A DNA stretch of 57,382 nucleotides from a virus. Taxonomy: Duplodnaviria > Caudoviricetes. Positions 1-9,875 of this stretch are shown here, in pieces; the stretch's first letter is position 1, and each line of letters opens with the position of its first letter. The notes beneath the pieces are model-generated. The model searched no databases, had not been told where the DNA came from, and was given only the letters and a program-made list of their open reading frames with translations. The position numbers and the translations under genes are program-made. The stretch covers positions 1 to 57,382 of IMG/VR virus record IMGVR_UViG_3300010384_000007; one strand, 5' to 3'.

Positions 1-77
1 CCTCCTGGTGGCGCATCACGGTGTGGGGTAAGCAGGCCGAAGGGCTCGACTCGCTGGCGCAACAGGGGTTGCTCGCC
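1..77 (+). repeat. Terminal direct overlap with 57306-57382 (74/77 identical)
   Basis: Direct comparison shows mismatches only at positions 14, 20 and 23; positions 24-77 are identical. Confidence 0.97.
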
Positions 78-284
78 AAGGGCGCGGCGGTCGAGGTGAT
101 CGGTCGCGTCGATGCCCGCGAGTACACCGACAACCAGGGCAACCGTCGCACCTCGCTGGACGTGAACGCCTCCGACGTGACCTTCATTGCACCGCCTCGC
201 GACCAGGCAGGAAATGGGCATCAGGCGACTTCCCAGCGCCGGTATCAGGACGCGCCGCAGTCATTCGACGACGTGCCGTTCTAG
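3..284 (+). CDS. ssb: Single-stranded DNA-binding protein, 3' part
   Basis: KGAAVEVIGRVDAREYTDNQGNRRT motif and the acidic C-terminal tip DDVPF. Confidence 0.93.
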   Translation, partial: SWWRITVWGKQAEGLDSLAQQGLLAKGAAVEVIGRVDAREYTDNQGNRRTSLDVNASDVTFIAPPRDQAGNGHQATSQRRYQDAPQSFDDVPF

Positions 285-293
285 GCCGGAAGG

Positions 294-1109
294 ATGGACG
301 CAATGGGCTGGGTCAAGCTCGATGATGGGTTCTTCCGGAACCCCAAGGTGCTCCAGGTTGGGAGGGATGCCAAAGTGCTCTACCTCGCCGGGCTCTGCTA
401 TTCCGGATCGGCCCTCACCGACGGCTTCATACCGGCCAACGCTCCCAAGGTGCTCGCCGCTGACGCTGAGGTGGCATCGGCAAAGAGGCCGGTTGAGGAA
501 CTGGTGCAGGCCGGGCTTTGGATTCCTGTCGAGGGAGGTTTCCAGGTCCATGACTACCTGGAGTTCAACCAGAGTGCGGAAAGAGTTCGCGCGAACAGAG
601 ATGCAGCGAAGGAGCGCATGCAACGCAATCGTTCGCAAAATGTTCGCGCGAACAAAACGCGAAGTTCGCGCGAAGTTCGCGAACAAGATACAGATACAGA
701 TACAGATACAGACGTGGGGGATACCCCCACACCCCCAGCGCGTGCGGGCGCGACCCCGAAACCGAGCGGGTATTCGCCGGAGTTCGAGACGTTCTGGCGA
801 GCGTATCCCTCCGGTCACGGCGCGAAAAAGCAGGCATGGGAGCAATGGCAGCGGCTCGCCAAGGACGAGGAGACCCAGCACGCCATCGTTGCGGCCCTTC
901 CGGCGTGGAAGGCGAGCGACCGGTGGCAGCGGGGCTACGTCAAGGACGCCCAGCGGTGGCTCCGTGATCGGCAGTGGCTCGACACGCCGCCTCCGCCGCC
1001 GGAGATGGTCCCCGTCGCAGGGACGCCGCTCCGGGCGGTGCCGCCACGCGACATCGGCCTGAGTAACGACGATCTCGAACGCATCGCGAGAGGGGAGCGG
1101 TTGGCGTGA
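294..1109 (+). CDS. Phage replication initiator / replisome organiser
   Basis: N-terminal WVKLDDGFFRNPKV, central low-complexity linker and C-terminal FETFWRAYP...WL domain; sits between ssb and a helicase-loader-like gene. Confidence 0.8.
   Translation: MDAMGWVKLDDGFFRNPKVLQVGRDAKVLYLAGLCYSGSALTDGFIPANAPKVLAADAEVASAKRPVEELVQAGLWIPVEGGFQVHDYLEFNQSAERVRANRDAAKERMQRNRSQNVRANKTRSSREVREQDTDTDTDTDVGDTPTPPARAGATPKPSGYSPEFETFWRAYPSGHGAKKQAWEQWQRLAKDEETQHAIVAALPAWKASDRWQRGYVKDAQRWLRDRQWLDTPPPPPEMVPVAGTPLRAVPPRDIGLSNDDLERIARGERLA
585..713. repeat. Putative replication origin (iteron-like palindromes plus an A-rich tandem repeat)
   Basis: GTTCGCGCGAAC at 585-596 and 642-653, variants at 664-675 and 675-684, then (AGATAC)x4 at 686-709, all inside the initiator gene as in lambdoid origins. 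Confidence 0.65.
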
Positions 1110-1642
1110 ATACGCAAGAGATCGCGGTGCTGCTGCGCGTGTTGCGGTCCGTGTGGCCGAAGACCGAGCTCAACCCAGACACCGTGCAGGCATACGAGTG
1201 GGCGCTCGACGACGTGCCATTTCACGACGGCGAACGCGCCGTCAAGGTCTGGATTCGCACCGGGAAGTTCTTCCCCAAGCCGGCCGAACTGCGCGAGATC
1301 GTGAGCAAGGCGGCGCTCGGGGAGAACGAGATTGCCGAGTCCGCGTGGGTGGAGGTGCAGCGCGAGATCAAGCGCGTCGGCTTCAACCGGCCCCGCATCT
1401 TCACCGGCGGGCGCTTCCTGGAGCCCCCGACGCGGGCGTTCAGCTCGCCGCTCATCGAGCAGGCGGTGGCCTCGGTTGGCTGGGACATCCTCTGCACGGC
1501 GGACGACGTGAGCAAGGTCCGCGAGCAGTTCCTCTGGACCTACCGGGCGATCCGGCAGCGTGACCTCGCGACATTCCAGCGGGGGGAAATCGAGCAGGGC
1601 ATGGCGCTCCCGGGCGGTGCCCCGGTCAAGGAGATCGCCTAG
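1106..1642 (+). CDS. Replicative helicase loader/inhibitor (G39P-like)
   Basis: W..ALDD.PF and KFFPKPAELRE motifs; directly follows the initiator. Confidence 0.65.
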   Translation: MNTQEIAVLLRVLRSVWPKTELNPDTVQAYEWALDDVPFHDGERAVKVWIRTGKFFPKPAELREIVSKAALGENEIAESAWVEVQREIKRVGFNRPRIFTGGRFLEPPTRAFSSPLIEQAVASVGWDILCTADDVSKVREQFLWTYRAIRQRDLATFQRGEIEQGMALPGGAPVKEIA

Positions 1643-2011
1643 ATGGTGACGCAGGCACTGACGGCGCTGATGCCCGGAGAGGGGCGGCGCCAGCTGACAG
1701 AAGGCGAGCGATACGAGGTCGATCTGGTGCTCGAAGCGGCGGCGGACTGGGAGTCCGGGCTACTCCCCTGGCAGGACGCCGCCAAGGTCGGGGAGCTGCA
1801 CCGGGGATCGCGTCCCAGCGCGGCCTACACCAGGTTCGTGGCGGCGCATGTCACCCCGCGATCCGATCCGCGACGGGCGGCGCTGGAGCGGCTCCAAGAG
1901 CACCTCGACCGCATGCAGGGCCTCACGGTCGATGACCGGGGCACCCTGACCCGCAGCGAACTGAACGACATAACGGAGGCGCAAGCGCGCCTGGAACGGA
2001 TGGCAGCATGA
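1643..2011 (+). CDS. Hypothetical protein
   Basis: Abuts the upstream stop codon; RBS present. Confidence 0.6.
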   Translation: MVTQALTALMPGEGRRQLTEGERYEVDLVLEAAADWESGLLPWQDAAKVGELHRGSRPSAAYTRFVAAHVTPRSDPRRAALERLQEHLDRMQGLTVDDRGTLTRSELNDITEAQARLERMAA

Positions 2012-2099
2012 CGACAAACATCCACGGCATCGACGCCATCCTCGCCGCCCTGGAGCGGTCCGGGATCGTGCCGCCCGCAGACCAGCAAGGAGCCGAGCA

Positions 2100-2408
2100 G
2101 TGAGCAGCCACCCCACCTTCACCCCCGCCGGACACTCCGGCTTCGACGGCCCCCACCCCGACCTCGCCACGCTGGCCGACCTGCGCCGTGGGCTCTACTA
2201 CCGGCCCGAACCCGTCAAGCCAGTCGTGCCGCGCGGCAGCCGCCATCCCAAGCGCAGCCTGACCGACGAGCAGGCGACCGAGTTGATCGCCCGCTGGAAG
2301 GCCGGGGCAACCGGCAAGGCCCTCGCCACGCGGTACGGCATCTCCCCGAGCACGGTGTCCAAGATCGTCACCGGGCAGGGCTATCGCTGGATTCGGAGGG
2401 ACGCATGA
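2100..2408 (+). CDS. HTH DNA-binding protein
   Basis: C-terminal LTDEQA...GATGKALATRYGISPSTVSKIVTG. Confidence 0.65.
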   Translation: MSSHPTFTPAGHSGFDGPHPDLATLADLRRGLYYRPEPVKPVVPRGSRHPKRSLTDEQATELIARWKAGATGKALATRYGISPSTVSKIVTGQGYRWIRRDA

Positions 2409-2553
2409 GCAAGAGCTACCCCAGCGGCACCCGCGTCGTCATCGTTCGCTCCGATCTCTACCGGGGCAAGGCCGGGACCACGCTGACGATCCGGCTGGAC
2501 ACCGGCGGGCAGGTCAACCTGCGGCCGGGCGCGATCCGGCGGGAGGCGGGCCG

Positions 2554-2769
2554 ATGACCCTCCCCCAAGCCACCAACCTCCCCATCCGCTCCACGCTGGT
2601 CTACGGACTTCGCGACGGCGGGACGGCTGCCGAGGCCTGCCCGGTTGGCAGTGAGGCGGCCCAGGCGGCCATCCAGCGGGCGATCCAGCAGCTCAGGGAC
2701 CCCAAGGCCCGGAAGCGTGCCCAGCGCACGCCGCCGGTCGGCAAAGCAGTGCGGAGGGCAGCGCCATGA
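2554..2769 (+). CDS. Hypothetical protein
   Basis: Coupled ATGA overlaps on both sides. Confidence 0.5.
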   Translation: MTLPQATNLPIRSTLVYGLRDGGTAAEACPVGSEAAQAAIQRAIQQLRDPKARKRAQRTPPVGKAVRRAAP

Positions 2770-4004
2770 TTGCCTATGACGAGGGTGGTGTTGTCGTCTG
2801 GCTCGGCGATTGCCGGGACGTGCTGGCGACACTGCCGGATGCGTCCGTGCAGACGGTCGTCACGTCGCCTCCGTACTACGGGCTCCGAGACTATGGCGTC
2901 GATGGGCAGATCGGTCTGGAGCCGACGGTCGATGCTTACGTGGCTGAGATGGTGTCCGTGTTCCGGGAGGTGCGCCGAGTGCTCGCTGACAACGGGACGC
3001 TGTGGCTCAACCTCGGGGACAGCTACGCTGCGGGGAGTACCGGTCGAAACGACGCGGGACGGAACCTTGGCGGAGGTGGAAACCGGGAGGGATCGGGAAA
3101 TCCTGGAGGTGGACAGGCGCGTCCTGTTACCGTCGGCCTGAAACACAAAGACCTGATCGGCATTCCGTGGCGGGTTGCTTTCGCGCTGCAAGCGGACGGC
3201 TGGATTCTCCGTCAAGACATTATCTGGGCCAAGCCCAATCCGATGCCCGAGAGCGTGACGGATCGCTGCACCAAGAGCCATGAGTACCTGTTTCTGCTGA
3301 GCAAGGGGCCGCGCTACTACTTCGACGCGGCGGCGATCGCCGAGATGGCGACATGGGATCGCCAGCGATCCAAGATGCCGGACGGTTGGGATACGGGACC
3401 AGGTGGACACGGATCGTTCCACCGCAACGGGCGAGAGCGGGGTGCGCCCGCGAGCCACAGCGGGAGCCGCTTTGACGCGGGCAAGACGGCGGATCACCAG
3501 CTCGGACGGGCACAACAGGGCACGCGCTTCGGTGGCCGCAAGTACGGCGACAGCGACGTCGACCAGGACCGCACCAAGAGCGGCAACCTGTATGACGGCC
3601 TCGAGCGCCGGAACAGGCGAGATGTCTGGACCATCGAAGCGACCGGCAACCGTGATCGGGAGTGTCTGGCCATCATCACGTCGGACCTTGCGCCCGCCGA
3701 CAAGCTCGACGCCATCAAGGCCATGATGGGTGGTGCGCAATCGAGCGTTTGGCGGATTGCCCCGAAGCCGTTTACCGATGCCCACTTTGCGACTTTCCCG
3801 CCGAAATTGGTCGAGCCCTGCATCCTCTCGGGTTCCCGTCCTGGCGACGTGGTCCTCGACCCGTTCGCTGGCAGCGGCACGACGTTACAGGTTTCCAAGC
3901 ACCTCGGACGGCGTGCGGTCGGCATTGAGCTCAATCCCGAGTACCTACCGATGATCGAGCGACGGCTCCAGCAGGCCGTCCTGCCGCTAGGAGATGCCGC
4001 ATGA
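2766..4004 (+). CDS. DNA N4-cytosine/N6-adenine methyltransferase (beta class)
   Basis: TSPPY catalytic motif precedes the VLDPFAGSGTT SAM-binding motif; IIWAKPNPMPES and HFATFP also present. Confidence 0.93.
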   Translation: MIAYDEGGVVVWLGDCRDVLATLPDASVQTVVTSPPYYGLRDYGVDGQIGLEPTVDAYVAEMVSVFREVRRVLADNGTLWLNLGDSYAAGSTGRNDAGRNLGGGGNREGSGNPGGGQARPVTVGLKHKDLIGIPWRVAFALQADGWILRQDIIWAKPNPMPESVTDRCTKSHEYLFLLSKGPRYYFDAAAIAEMATWDRQRSKMPDGWDTGPGGHGSFHRNGRERGAPASHSGSRFDAGKTADHQLGRAQQGTRFGGRKYGDSDVDQDRTKSGNLYDGLERRNRRDVWTIEATGNRDRECLAIITSDLAPADKLDAIKAMMGGAQSSVWRIAPKPFTDAHFATFPPKLVEPCILSGSRPGDVVLDPFAGSGTTLQVSKHLGRRAVGIELNPEYLPMIERRLQQAVLPLGDAA

Positions 4005-4345
4005 CCACCTTCGGCGAGGTCCTCGACACAGAGCTGCGCCGGCGCGGCATCAGCCAGTTCCGCTTTGCCCTCCAGGTCGGTGTGGACCATAGCTACATTA
4101 GCCGCCTGCTTGCCGGGACGCGGCACCCGTCCCCGGAGATGGTGCTCCGGATCGTGGAGGCCCTGGGGATCGCGCCCGACGAGCGAGAGGTTGCCCGCTT
4201 CCTGGTCCTCGCCCTGATCCCGGGGCGCTACCAGCCGCTGCTGCTGGCCGGGCTGGCGCCGAACCGGGAGGACGCGGACGAGCTGTGGCAGGTCGTGAGC
4301 CGGACGCTGACCGAGCAGTGGCAGCGCAGACGGGAGGCGGCGTGA
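4001..4345 (+). CDS. XRE-family HTH protein
   Basis: GISQFRFALQVGVDHSYISRLLAGTRHPS. Confidence 0.8.
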   Translation: MTTFGEVLDTELRRRGISQFRFALQVGVDHSYISRLLAGTRHPSPEMVLRIVEALGIAPDEREVARFLVLALIPGRYQPLLLAGLAPNREDADELWQVVSRTLTEQWQRRREAA

Positions 4346-4450
4346 TGAGCGATGGACTCTGGTTTGTGTCCGGGATGATCGCAGGAGCGGCCCTGATGCT
4401 CCTGGTGATCCTCGTAACGGTGGAGGCGTCACTGAGGGAGGGCGAGAGCG

Positions 4451-4651
4451 ATGAGTGAGGTGGCCGATGCGATGATCCGGGCAGCGGAGCAGCGGGAGAA
4501 CCTCTACTCGGTGTACGAGATGCCGGACGGCACGCGGCACCTGAGCCCGTATCTGATCCGGGATCGGGAGGCGATGGAACGGGAGCTGGCGGAGAACGCG
4601 GCGCGGAATCAGCGGATCAGGGAGCAGCGGGAGGGCAAAAGCAATGACTGA
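4451..4651 (+). CDS. Hypothetical protein
   Basis: GGAGG RBS; coupled to the next ORF. Confidence 0.55.
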   Translation: MSEVADAMIRAAEQRENLYSVYEMPDGTRHLSPYLIRDREAMERELAENAARNQRIREQREGKSND

Positions 4652-4892
4652 TACCCTCGCCGACCTCATCGGAGGAACACCAGGACATGCACCCGCAACC
4701 ACGCTGCAGAAGAAGGTGCTTCGGGATTTTGCGAATGACCTCCGGATCAACGCGGGGCTCCTGAACGACTACCTGCAAGAAGTGCTCGGAAACACCGAGG
4801 CGACCATCGACACCATCACCAAGCGCGACGCCTCGATTGCGATAGGAGCATTGCAGCGTCGCAGGCAAGACTGGAGGGCAACCGATGACTGA
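4644..4892 (+). CDS. Hypothetical protein
   Basis: RBS and overlapping gene packing. Confidence 0.55.
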   Translation: MTDTLADLIGGTPGHAPATTLQKKVLRDFANDLRINAGLLNDYLQEVLGNTEATIDTITKRDASIAIGALQRRRQDWRATDD

Positions 4893-5205
4893 GCACACCG
4901 ACTACGGCCTGAGCGACGACGTGCTGAACCGGGCGGCGGAGCATGTATTTGAGGTCGCCGTTCGGGACAACTGGCCAGACCCTCGCGACGAAGACCCCGG
5001 TGAGATGATCCAGCGCATTGTGGCGACAGCACTCCCTGTGCTGATCCCGGCAGTCCACGACGACGCAACCCGCCGGATCAAGGCGTGGATTTGCCAGCGA
5101 GCCGTCACGTCTCCCAGCGACGCCTACAACGAGGGGTACCAGGACGCCCTTGCCGACCTGTGGGAGTACCTGTCGGCTACCGAGGAGGCACCCGATGCCA
5201 AGTGA
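4885..5205 (+). CDS. Hypothetical protein
   Basis: GGAGG RBS and overlapping gene packing. Confidence 0.6.
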   Translation: MTEHTDYGLSDDVLNRAAEHVFEVAVRDNWPDPRDEDPGEMIQRIVATALPVLIPAVHDDATRRIKAWICQRAVTSPSDAYNEGYQDALADLWEYLSATEEAPDAK

Positions 5206-6121
5206 GCCGAGTCTGTACGAGCGGCTGCGGGAGGCGGCGGACCTCCCGAAAGAAGCACGGGATCACTGGATCGTTCTGCACTACAACATAGAATCCACAG
5301 AGAGGATTGTTGTGCTCACATCAGAGCGTCTCGCCGCCATCGAGCGCGACATGCTGGCCCCGCTGCGGGATGAGAACGCCGCCCTGCGCAGGGCGGGCCA
5401 TACGCTACGGGAGGCGGCGGTGAAGGCGTGGATAATAGAGGACTCCGCTGCCCTCTACGACGCCATCAACGTATGGGACGCGACGGTTGACCCCGAGGTT
5501 GCCAAGGAGTTCCCGGGCATCCTCGCCGCCGACCGCGCCGGGGAGACGCCAACACCGAAACAGATCGAGGCGCTGGATGACCTCGCAGACGATGCAATAC
5601 GGGCGCATCATGCGGGTGAGACGGTCAATATCCGGGACATCACCCCCAGCCCTACCGATGCGGCGGCGAAGGATGAGGATTACGAGCCAAACATCCTTAT
5701 CAAGGGCAAGACCGTGGCGAAGCTGAAGTGCTTCGACGAGAAGACTCTTTCCGGCTTGGTAGAGTCCATCCCCGACCTCGAACGCTGGGCCGCCGACACC
5801 TCCAACGAGCTGGCGTCCATCCGGGAGTGGCAGGCAGGCCACCAGGAGCGCCTTGCCGACCTCGAACAGCGCCTCGACGCCCTGTCGCCCGACCCCACCT
5901 CCGCTGACTGGCAGGCGGGCTGGGCGGCTGGCCACGAGGCCGGGTACCGGAGTGGGCGGGAGAGCGCCCTGTCGCGCGGGACGGAGGTGGTCACGGATGA
6001 AATGATCGACACGTTCTACATGCACATGCAGTGGCCGGTGGGACTGGGCGATACGGATCAACGCAAGCGTGTCCGCGCCGGGCTGGAAGCGGCACTGCGG
6101 GCGGGAGGGGCGAAGAAGTGA
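5195..6121 (+). CDS. Hypothetical protein (mosaic, coiled-coil segments)
   Basis: AGGAGG before ATG 5195; long ORF in the operon. Confidence 0.6.
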   Translation: MPSEPSLYERLREAADLPKEARDHWIVLHYNIESTERIVVLTSERLAAIERDMLAPLRDENAALRRAGHTLREAAVKAWIIEDSAALYDAINVWDATVDPEVAKEFPGILAADRAGETPTPKQIEALDDLADDAIRAHHAGETVNIRDITPSPTDAAAKDEDYEPNILIKGKTVAKLKCFDEKTLSGLVESIPDLERWAADTSNELASIREWQAGHQERLADLEQRLDALSPDPTSADWQAGWAAGHEAGYRSGRESALSRGTEVVTDEMIDTFYMHMQWPVGLGDTDQRKRVRAGLEAALRAGGAKK

Positions 6122-6540
6122 AAGCAATCACCATTCGCCAACCATGGGCCTCGCTGATCGCCCTCGGAGCCAAACGTATCGAAACTCGATCCTGGCAGAC
6201 GCACTACCGGGGGCCGATCGCGATTCACGCCAGCGCCACGTTCCACGCCAGTGACCGGGATATCGCCATGCTGACCCCGGAGATGGCCCCGCACCTCAGC
6301 AAGATCGGAGTCGGCAATCTTCCGCTCGGATCGGTCATCGCGACGGCCACGCTCGTGGACTGCATCCAGACGTGCACGCCAGAGATGGACGCTCTGCTGG
6401 GCAGTCTGAGCGAGGACGAGCAGGCGTTCGGCGACTTTCAGCCCGCCCGTTACGGGTGGCTGCTCGATGACGTGACGTCAATCACGCCGGTGCCTGCCAA
6501 GGGACGATTGGCACTGTGGGAGTGGGAGGCCCAGCCATGA
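6118..6540 (+). CDS. ASCH domain protein
   Basis: KAITIRQPWASLIALGAKRIETRSW...RGPIAIHAS and KGRLALW. Confidence 0.9.
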   Translation: MKAITIRQPWASLIALGAKRIETRSWQTHYRGPIAIHASATFHASDRDIAMLTPEMAPHLSKIGVGNLPLGSVIATATLVDCIQTCTPEMDALLGSLSEDEQAFGDFQPARYGWLLDDVTSITPVPAKGRLALWEWEAQP

Positions 6541-6932
6541 AAGCCACGATCACGATTCCGGGGGACCTTCCCCCGGAACTCTCCCCCAACGCCCGACCCA
6601 ACCGCTACGCCAAGGCGCGGATCGTCAAGCAGACCCGCGAGATGGCGATGCTGGCAACGCTCGGATCGCTCGACGTCCAGGCGGTGCGGTCGCTCATCGA
6701 GCCGCCGGTCACGGTCAGTTGGACGATCGGTCTGCGCAAGGGCGCCAAGCACCGCGACGCCGACAACATCGTCAGTAACGCTAAGGCGATCCAGGATGGC
6801 GTCTGTGACGCGCTGGGCGTCAACGACAAGCATCTGGTGCTGGGGACGGTGGTGCAGGAGCGGGACCCGGCTGGGGTGGGATACGTCCGGGTGGAGCTGG
6901 AGTGGGACGAGGCGGGGGAGGTGGCCGCATGA
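6537..6932 (+). CDS. RusA-like Holliday junction resolvase
   Basis: RDADNIVSNAKAIQDGVCDALGVND acidic motif. Confidence 0.75.
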   Translation: MKATITIPGDLPPELSPNARPNRYAKARIVKQTREMAMLATLGSLDVQAVRSLIEPPVTVSWTIGLRKGAKHRDADNIVSNAKAIQDGVCDALGVNDKHLVLGTVVQERDPAGVGYVRVELEWDEAGEVAA

Positions 6933-7570
6933 CCCCATCAGCCCGTGTCACCAAAGCCACGAAGGCGCTGAAGGCCAGCGAGCAGGCCTACGTGCTCGCT
7001 GCCGACATCCTGCGCGAGTTTCCGGACGAGACGGAGCGGCTGCGGCTTGACGAGTACCACGCGCTGTTCCGCCGGTTGGTGCAGGACGCCGAGCGGGCGA
7101 GGGAGAGGGGGGGGAGGCCGGTGAGTGACGCCCCGTCTCTTCAGGAGATGCGTGACGCTGGCATGTCGTGGCGTGAGATTGGGAATCAACTAGGTATCAG
7201 TCGTCAAGCGGCACAGCAGGCATTCCGACGCAAGACGATCGATGCAGAGATCCGATCCCTTTCGTTCGCAGGAGTGTATGACATAGACATTCGCAGCAAA
7301 CTGCGGGTCAGCCAGCAACAGATAGATCGCGTGCTGCGAGGACTCCGGGGCGCGAATCCATCTACCTCGCCAACACTGCCGCTGCATTACAAGTACGGGG
7401 AGGCGCCGGAGGTTGGTGACCGTGTGCACCGGCATGGCAGCGCCCATCGTACATCGTCCGTTGTTGCTATCTTCGGCGACGGAATAGGCATCGTACGGGA
7501 TGGCGTAGATACGCGACTCCGACGGGTCACCCCTGAGAACTTTGTGCTCATTGGCAGGAGGGAGCCATGA
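6929..7570 (+). CDS. HTH-containing hypothetical protein
   Basis: GMSWREIGNQLGISRQAAQQ; may be two fused genes (internal GTG near 7121 with RBS). Confidence 0.55.
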   Translation: MTPSARVTKATKALKASEQAYVLAADILREFPDETERLRLDEYHALFRRLVQDAERARERGGRPVSDAPSLQEMRDAGMSWREIGNQLGISRQAAQQAFRRKTIDAEIRSLSFAGVYDIDIRSKLRVSQQQIDRVLRGLRGANPSTSPTLPLHYKYGEAPEVGDRVHRHGSAHRTSSVVAIFGDGIGIVRDGVDTRLRRVTPENFVLIGRREP

Positions 7571-7785
7571 CCGCGAAGCCCGGCCCCTGGACGTGCCTCC
7601 GTTGCCGCTGCGAGCTTGGCCGCGTCACCAAGTCCGGTGATCTCATCGTCACCGCCCGACCGGCCATGATCGACGTCACCCGGCTGGCCGTCGTGGTCCG
7701 CTGCCCGGACTGCGGAGAGCCACGGGCGTTCACGGGCAGACGGGTGGTGGCCGACATTCCAGCGGCTTCCCCAATCGCGGCCTAG
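7567..7785 (+). CDS. Zinc-ribbon protein (Mu Com-like)
   Basis: WTCLRC...RCPDC pairs in 72 aa. Confidence 0.55.
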   Translation: MTAKPGPWTCLRCRCELGRVTKSGDLIVTARPAMIDVTRLAVVVRCPDCGEPRAFTGRRVVADIPAASPIAA

Positions 7786-7789
7786 CGGG

Positions 7790-7805
7790 TATACTTGACC
7801 GTAAT
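7790..7805 (+). promoter_or_regulatory. Putative late promoter (-10 TATACT plus CGTAAT)
   Basis: Intergenic, upstream of terS; motif shared with 16245, 22743 and 36269. Confidence 0.55.
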
Positions 7806-7824
7806 CGAGCGAGATGGCGTGCGC

Positions 7825-7883
7825 AGCCGTCGCTAGGTCTGTAAGGATGATCCTTACGGTCTGGTGGCGGCTTTTCTGTTTCT
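7825..7883 (+). terminator. Intrinsic terminator/attenuator in the terS leader
   Basis: About 22-bp stem with G-U pairs (AGCCGTCGCTAGG.../...TCTGGTGGCGGCT) followed by TTTCTGTTTCT. Confidence 0.7.
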
Positions 7884-7892
7884 GGTGGCGAG

Positions 7893-8372
7893 ATGGCGGA
7901 TCGAACCCGGAGTAGCACTAAAGCGAGTAGCAATGCGCTCAATGCGATTGAGCGGCAGGTTCAGGCTGTCTCGCTCCGGAAGCGCGGGTACACCTTCCAG
8001 CAGATCGCTGACGAGCTTGGTTACGCCGGGCATCAGGGGGCGTACAAGGCGGTCATGGCCGCCCTGAAGAAGACGCTCAAGGAGCCGTCTGACGAACTCC
8101 GGAACCTCGAACTGGAGCGACTGGACGCCATGTGGCAGTCCCTTTGGCCCGCCATCGAACGGCAAGACAAGTACACGCCCCGGACGGTTGAGGTGGCGCT
8201 GAAGGTGATGGACCGGCGGGCGGCGTTGCTCGGGCTAGACGCACCGCAGAAGCGGGAAGACAAGCTCACCGTCGAGTACCGCGAGTTGGTGCAGGAAATG
8301 GCTGGTGCGGCCGGCCTTGACACTGACGACGTGATGCGAGAGCTCGAAGCCATCCTGGGCGGTGGCCGATGA
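7893..8372 (+). CDS. terS: Terminase small subunit (HTH type)
   Basis: GYTFQQIADELGY HTH and RRAALLGLDAP; directly upstream of TerL. Confidence 0.8.
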   Translation: MADRTRSSTKASSNALNAIERQVQAVSLRKRGYTFQQIADELGYAGHQGAYKAVMAALKKTLKEPSDELRNLELERLDAMWQSLWPAIERQDKYTPRTVEVALKVMDRRAALLGLDAPQKREDKLTVEYRELVQEMAGAAGLDTDDVMRELEAILGGGR

Positions 8373-9874
8373 ATACCGCGCTGACGCCGAGACAGGCAGT
8401 AGCGGGGGCGATCTGGCGGGTGCAGCGCAAGCGGGCCAACCCGGCCCGGTCGTCGCTGATGGCGTTCAACCGGGCGATGTCGCCGGGGTACATTGCGGGC
8501 AAGCATATCGACGCGCTGGTTGCCGCGCTCGAAGCGGTGGAGCGGGGAGAGCTGGCCCGGCTTATCGTGACGATGCCGCCACGCCATTCGAAGAGCTTCA
8601 ACGTCTCCGAGCATTTCCCGGCGTGGTTCCTGGGGCGCAATCCCGACAAGCGCATCATCGCCTCATCGCATACCGCACAACTCTCCTACACCTTCAGCCG
8701 CCGGGTACGGAACAAGCTGGCACAGGCAGAGTGGCCGTTCCCGGAAGTTCGGGTTGCCGGGGACAAGGGGGGCGTAACAGCGTGGGACATTGCCAGGCGA
8801 AAGGGTGGATACCTCTCCGTTGGCGTTGGTGGGTCGCCAACGGGCCACGGCGCTGATCTGATCCTGATCGACGACCCGATCCGTTCTGCGGCAGACGCTG
8901 ATTCCGAGACGGTACGGGAGGGTGTCTGGGAGTGGTATCAGGGGACGCTGCGCACCCGGCTTCAGCCGGGTGGCGCAATTATTCTGACCGCAACACGCTG
9001 GCACGAAGATGATCTGACCGGACGCTTGCTTTCCGAGATGGAACATGGCGGCGAGCAATGGACGCATATCCACATGCCCGCGCTCGATGATGAGGGATCG
9101 GCGCTCTGGCCCGAGTACTGGCCGGTAGAAGCTCTGGAGAAGATCAGGCAGTCTGTTGGTTCCCGCGTCTGGCAAGCGCAATACATGGGGGCTCCGGCTC
9201 CCGCCGAGGGCGGCACGTTCAAGCGGCACTGGTGGCGCTACTGGCAGCCGCGCGGCATGGCCCTCCCGCCGGTGCCGGTCCGCTTCCCCGATGGCTCCGT
9301 CCGCCCAATCGCGGCTGTCGAACAGCCGGCCTGGTGGGACAAGTCGGCGCAGTCCTGGGACATGACGTTCAAGGAGACCAAGGAGGGCAGCTACGTCGTC
9401 GGGCTCGCCGGCGCGACACATGGCCCGGACCTCTTCATCATGCCCCGCATGTTCCGCGAGCGAACGGATTTCCCCGGCACCGTCAACGCCGTGGTCGACC
9501 TCGCTCAGTACTACCCCGACTTCCTCGCCAAGTACATCGAGGAGAAGGCGAACGGCGCCGCCGTCATCGACACGTTGAAGCGATCCGTTGGCGGGCTGAT
9601 CCCGGTGCAGGTCGAAGGCAGCAAGGAAGCCCGCGCCCACGCGGTGACGCCACTTGTTGAGGCCGGGAACGTCTACCTGCCCCATCCCGCCCTTGCGCCG
9701 TGGGTCGAGGACTTCATCGCCGAATTGGCCGCGTTCCCGAACGGCGCGCATGACGACCAGGTAGACGCCTTCACGCAGCTCGCCCGGCCCCTGATCGGGA
9801 CCAGCCAAACAACCGGCCCGCTGCAGGACAGCCCGCTCCTGCGCTCCCTGCAACGCCAACGAGGAGTCAGGTAG
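8369..9874 (+). CDS. terL: Terminase large subunit
   Basis: MPPRHSKS Walker A, LILIDDP Walker B, TRWHEDDL, IEEKANG and FPNGAHDDQVDA nuclease motifs. Confidence 0.96.
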   Translation: MNTALTPRQAVAGAIWRVQRKRANPARSSLMAFNRAMSPGYIAGKHIDALVAALEAVERGELARLIVTMPPRHSKSFNVSEHFPAWFLGRNPDKRIIASSHTAQLSYTFSRRVRNKLAQAEWPFPEVRVAGDKGGVTAWDIARRKGGYLSVGVGGSPTGHGADLILIDDPIRSAADADSETVREGVWEWYQGTLRTRLQPGGAIILTATRWHEDDLTGRLLSEMEHGGEQWTHIHMPALDDEGSALWPEYWPVEALEKIRQSVGSRVWQAQYMGAPAPAEGGTFKRHWWRYWQPRGMALPPVPVRFPDGSVRPIAAVEQPAWWDKSAQSWDMTFKETKEGSYVVGLAGATHGPDLFIMPRMFRERTDFPGTVNAVVDLAQYYPDFLAKYIEEKANGAAVIDTLKRSVGGLIPVQVEGSKEARAHAVTPLVEAGNVYLPHPALAPWVEDFIAELAAFPNGAHDDQVDAFTQLARPLIGTSQTTGPLQDSPLLRSLQRQRGVR

Positions 9875-9875
9875 T

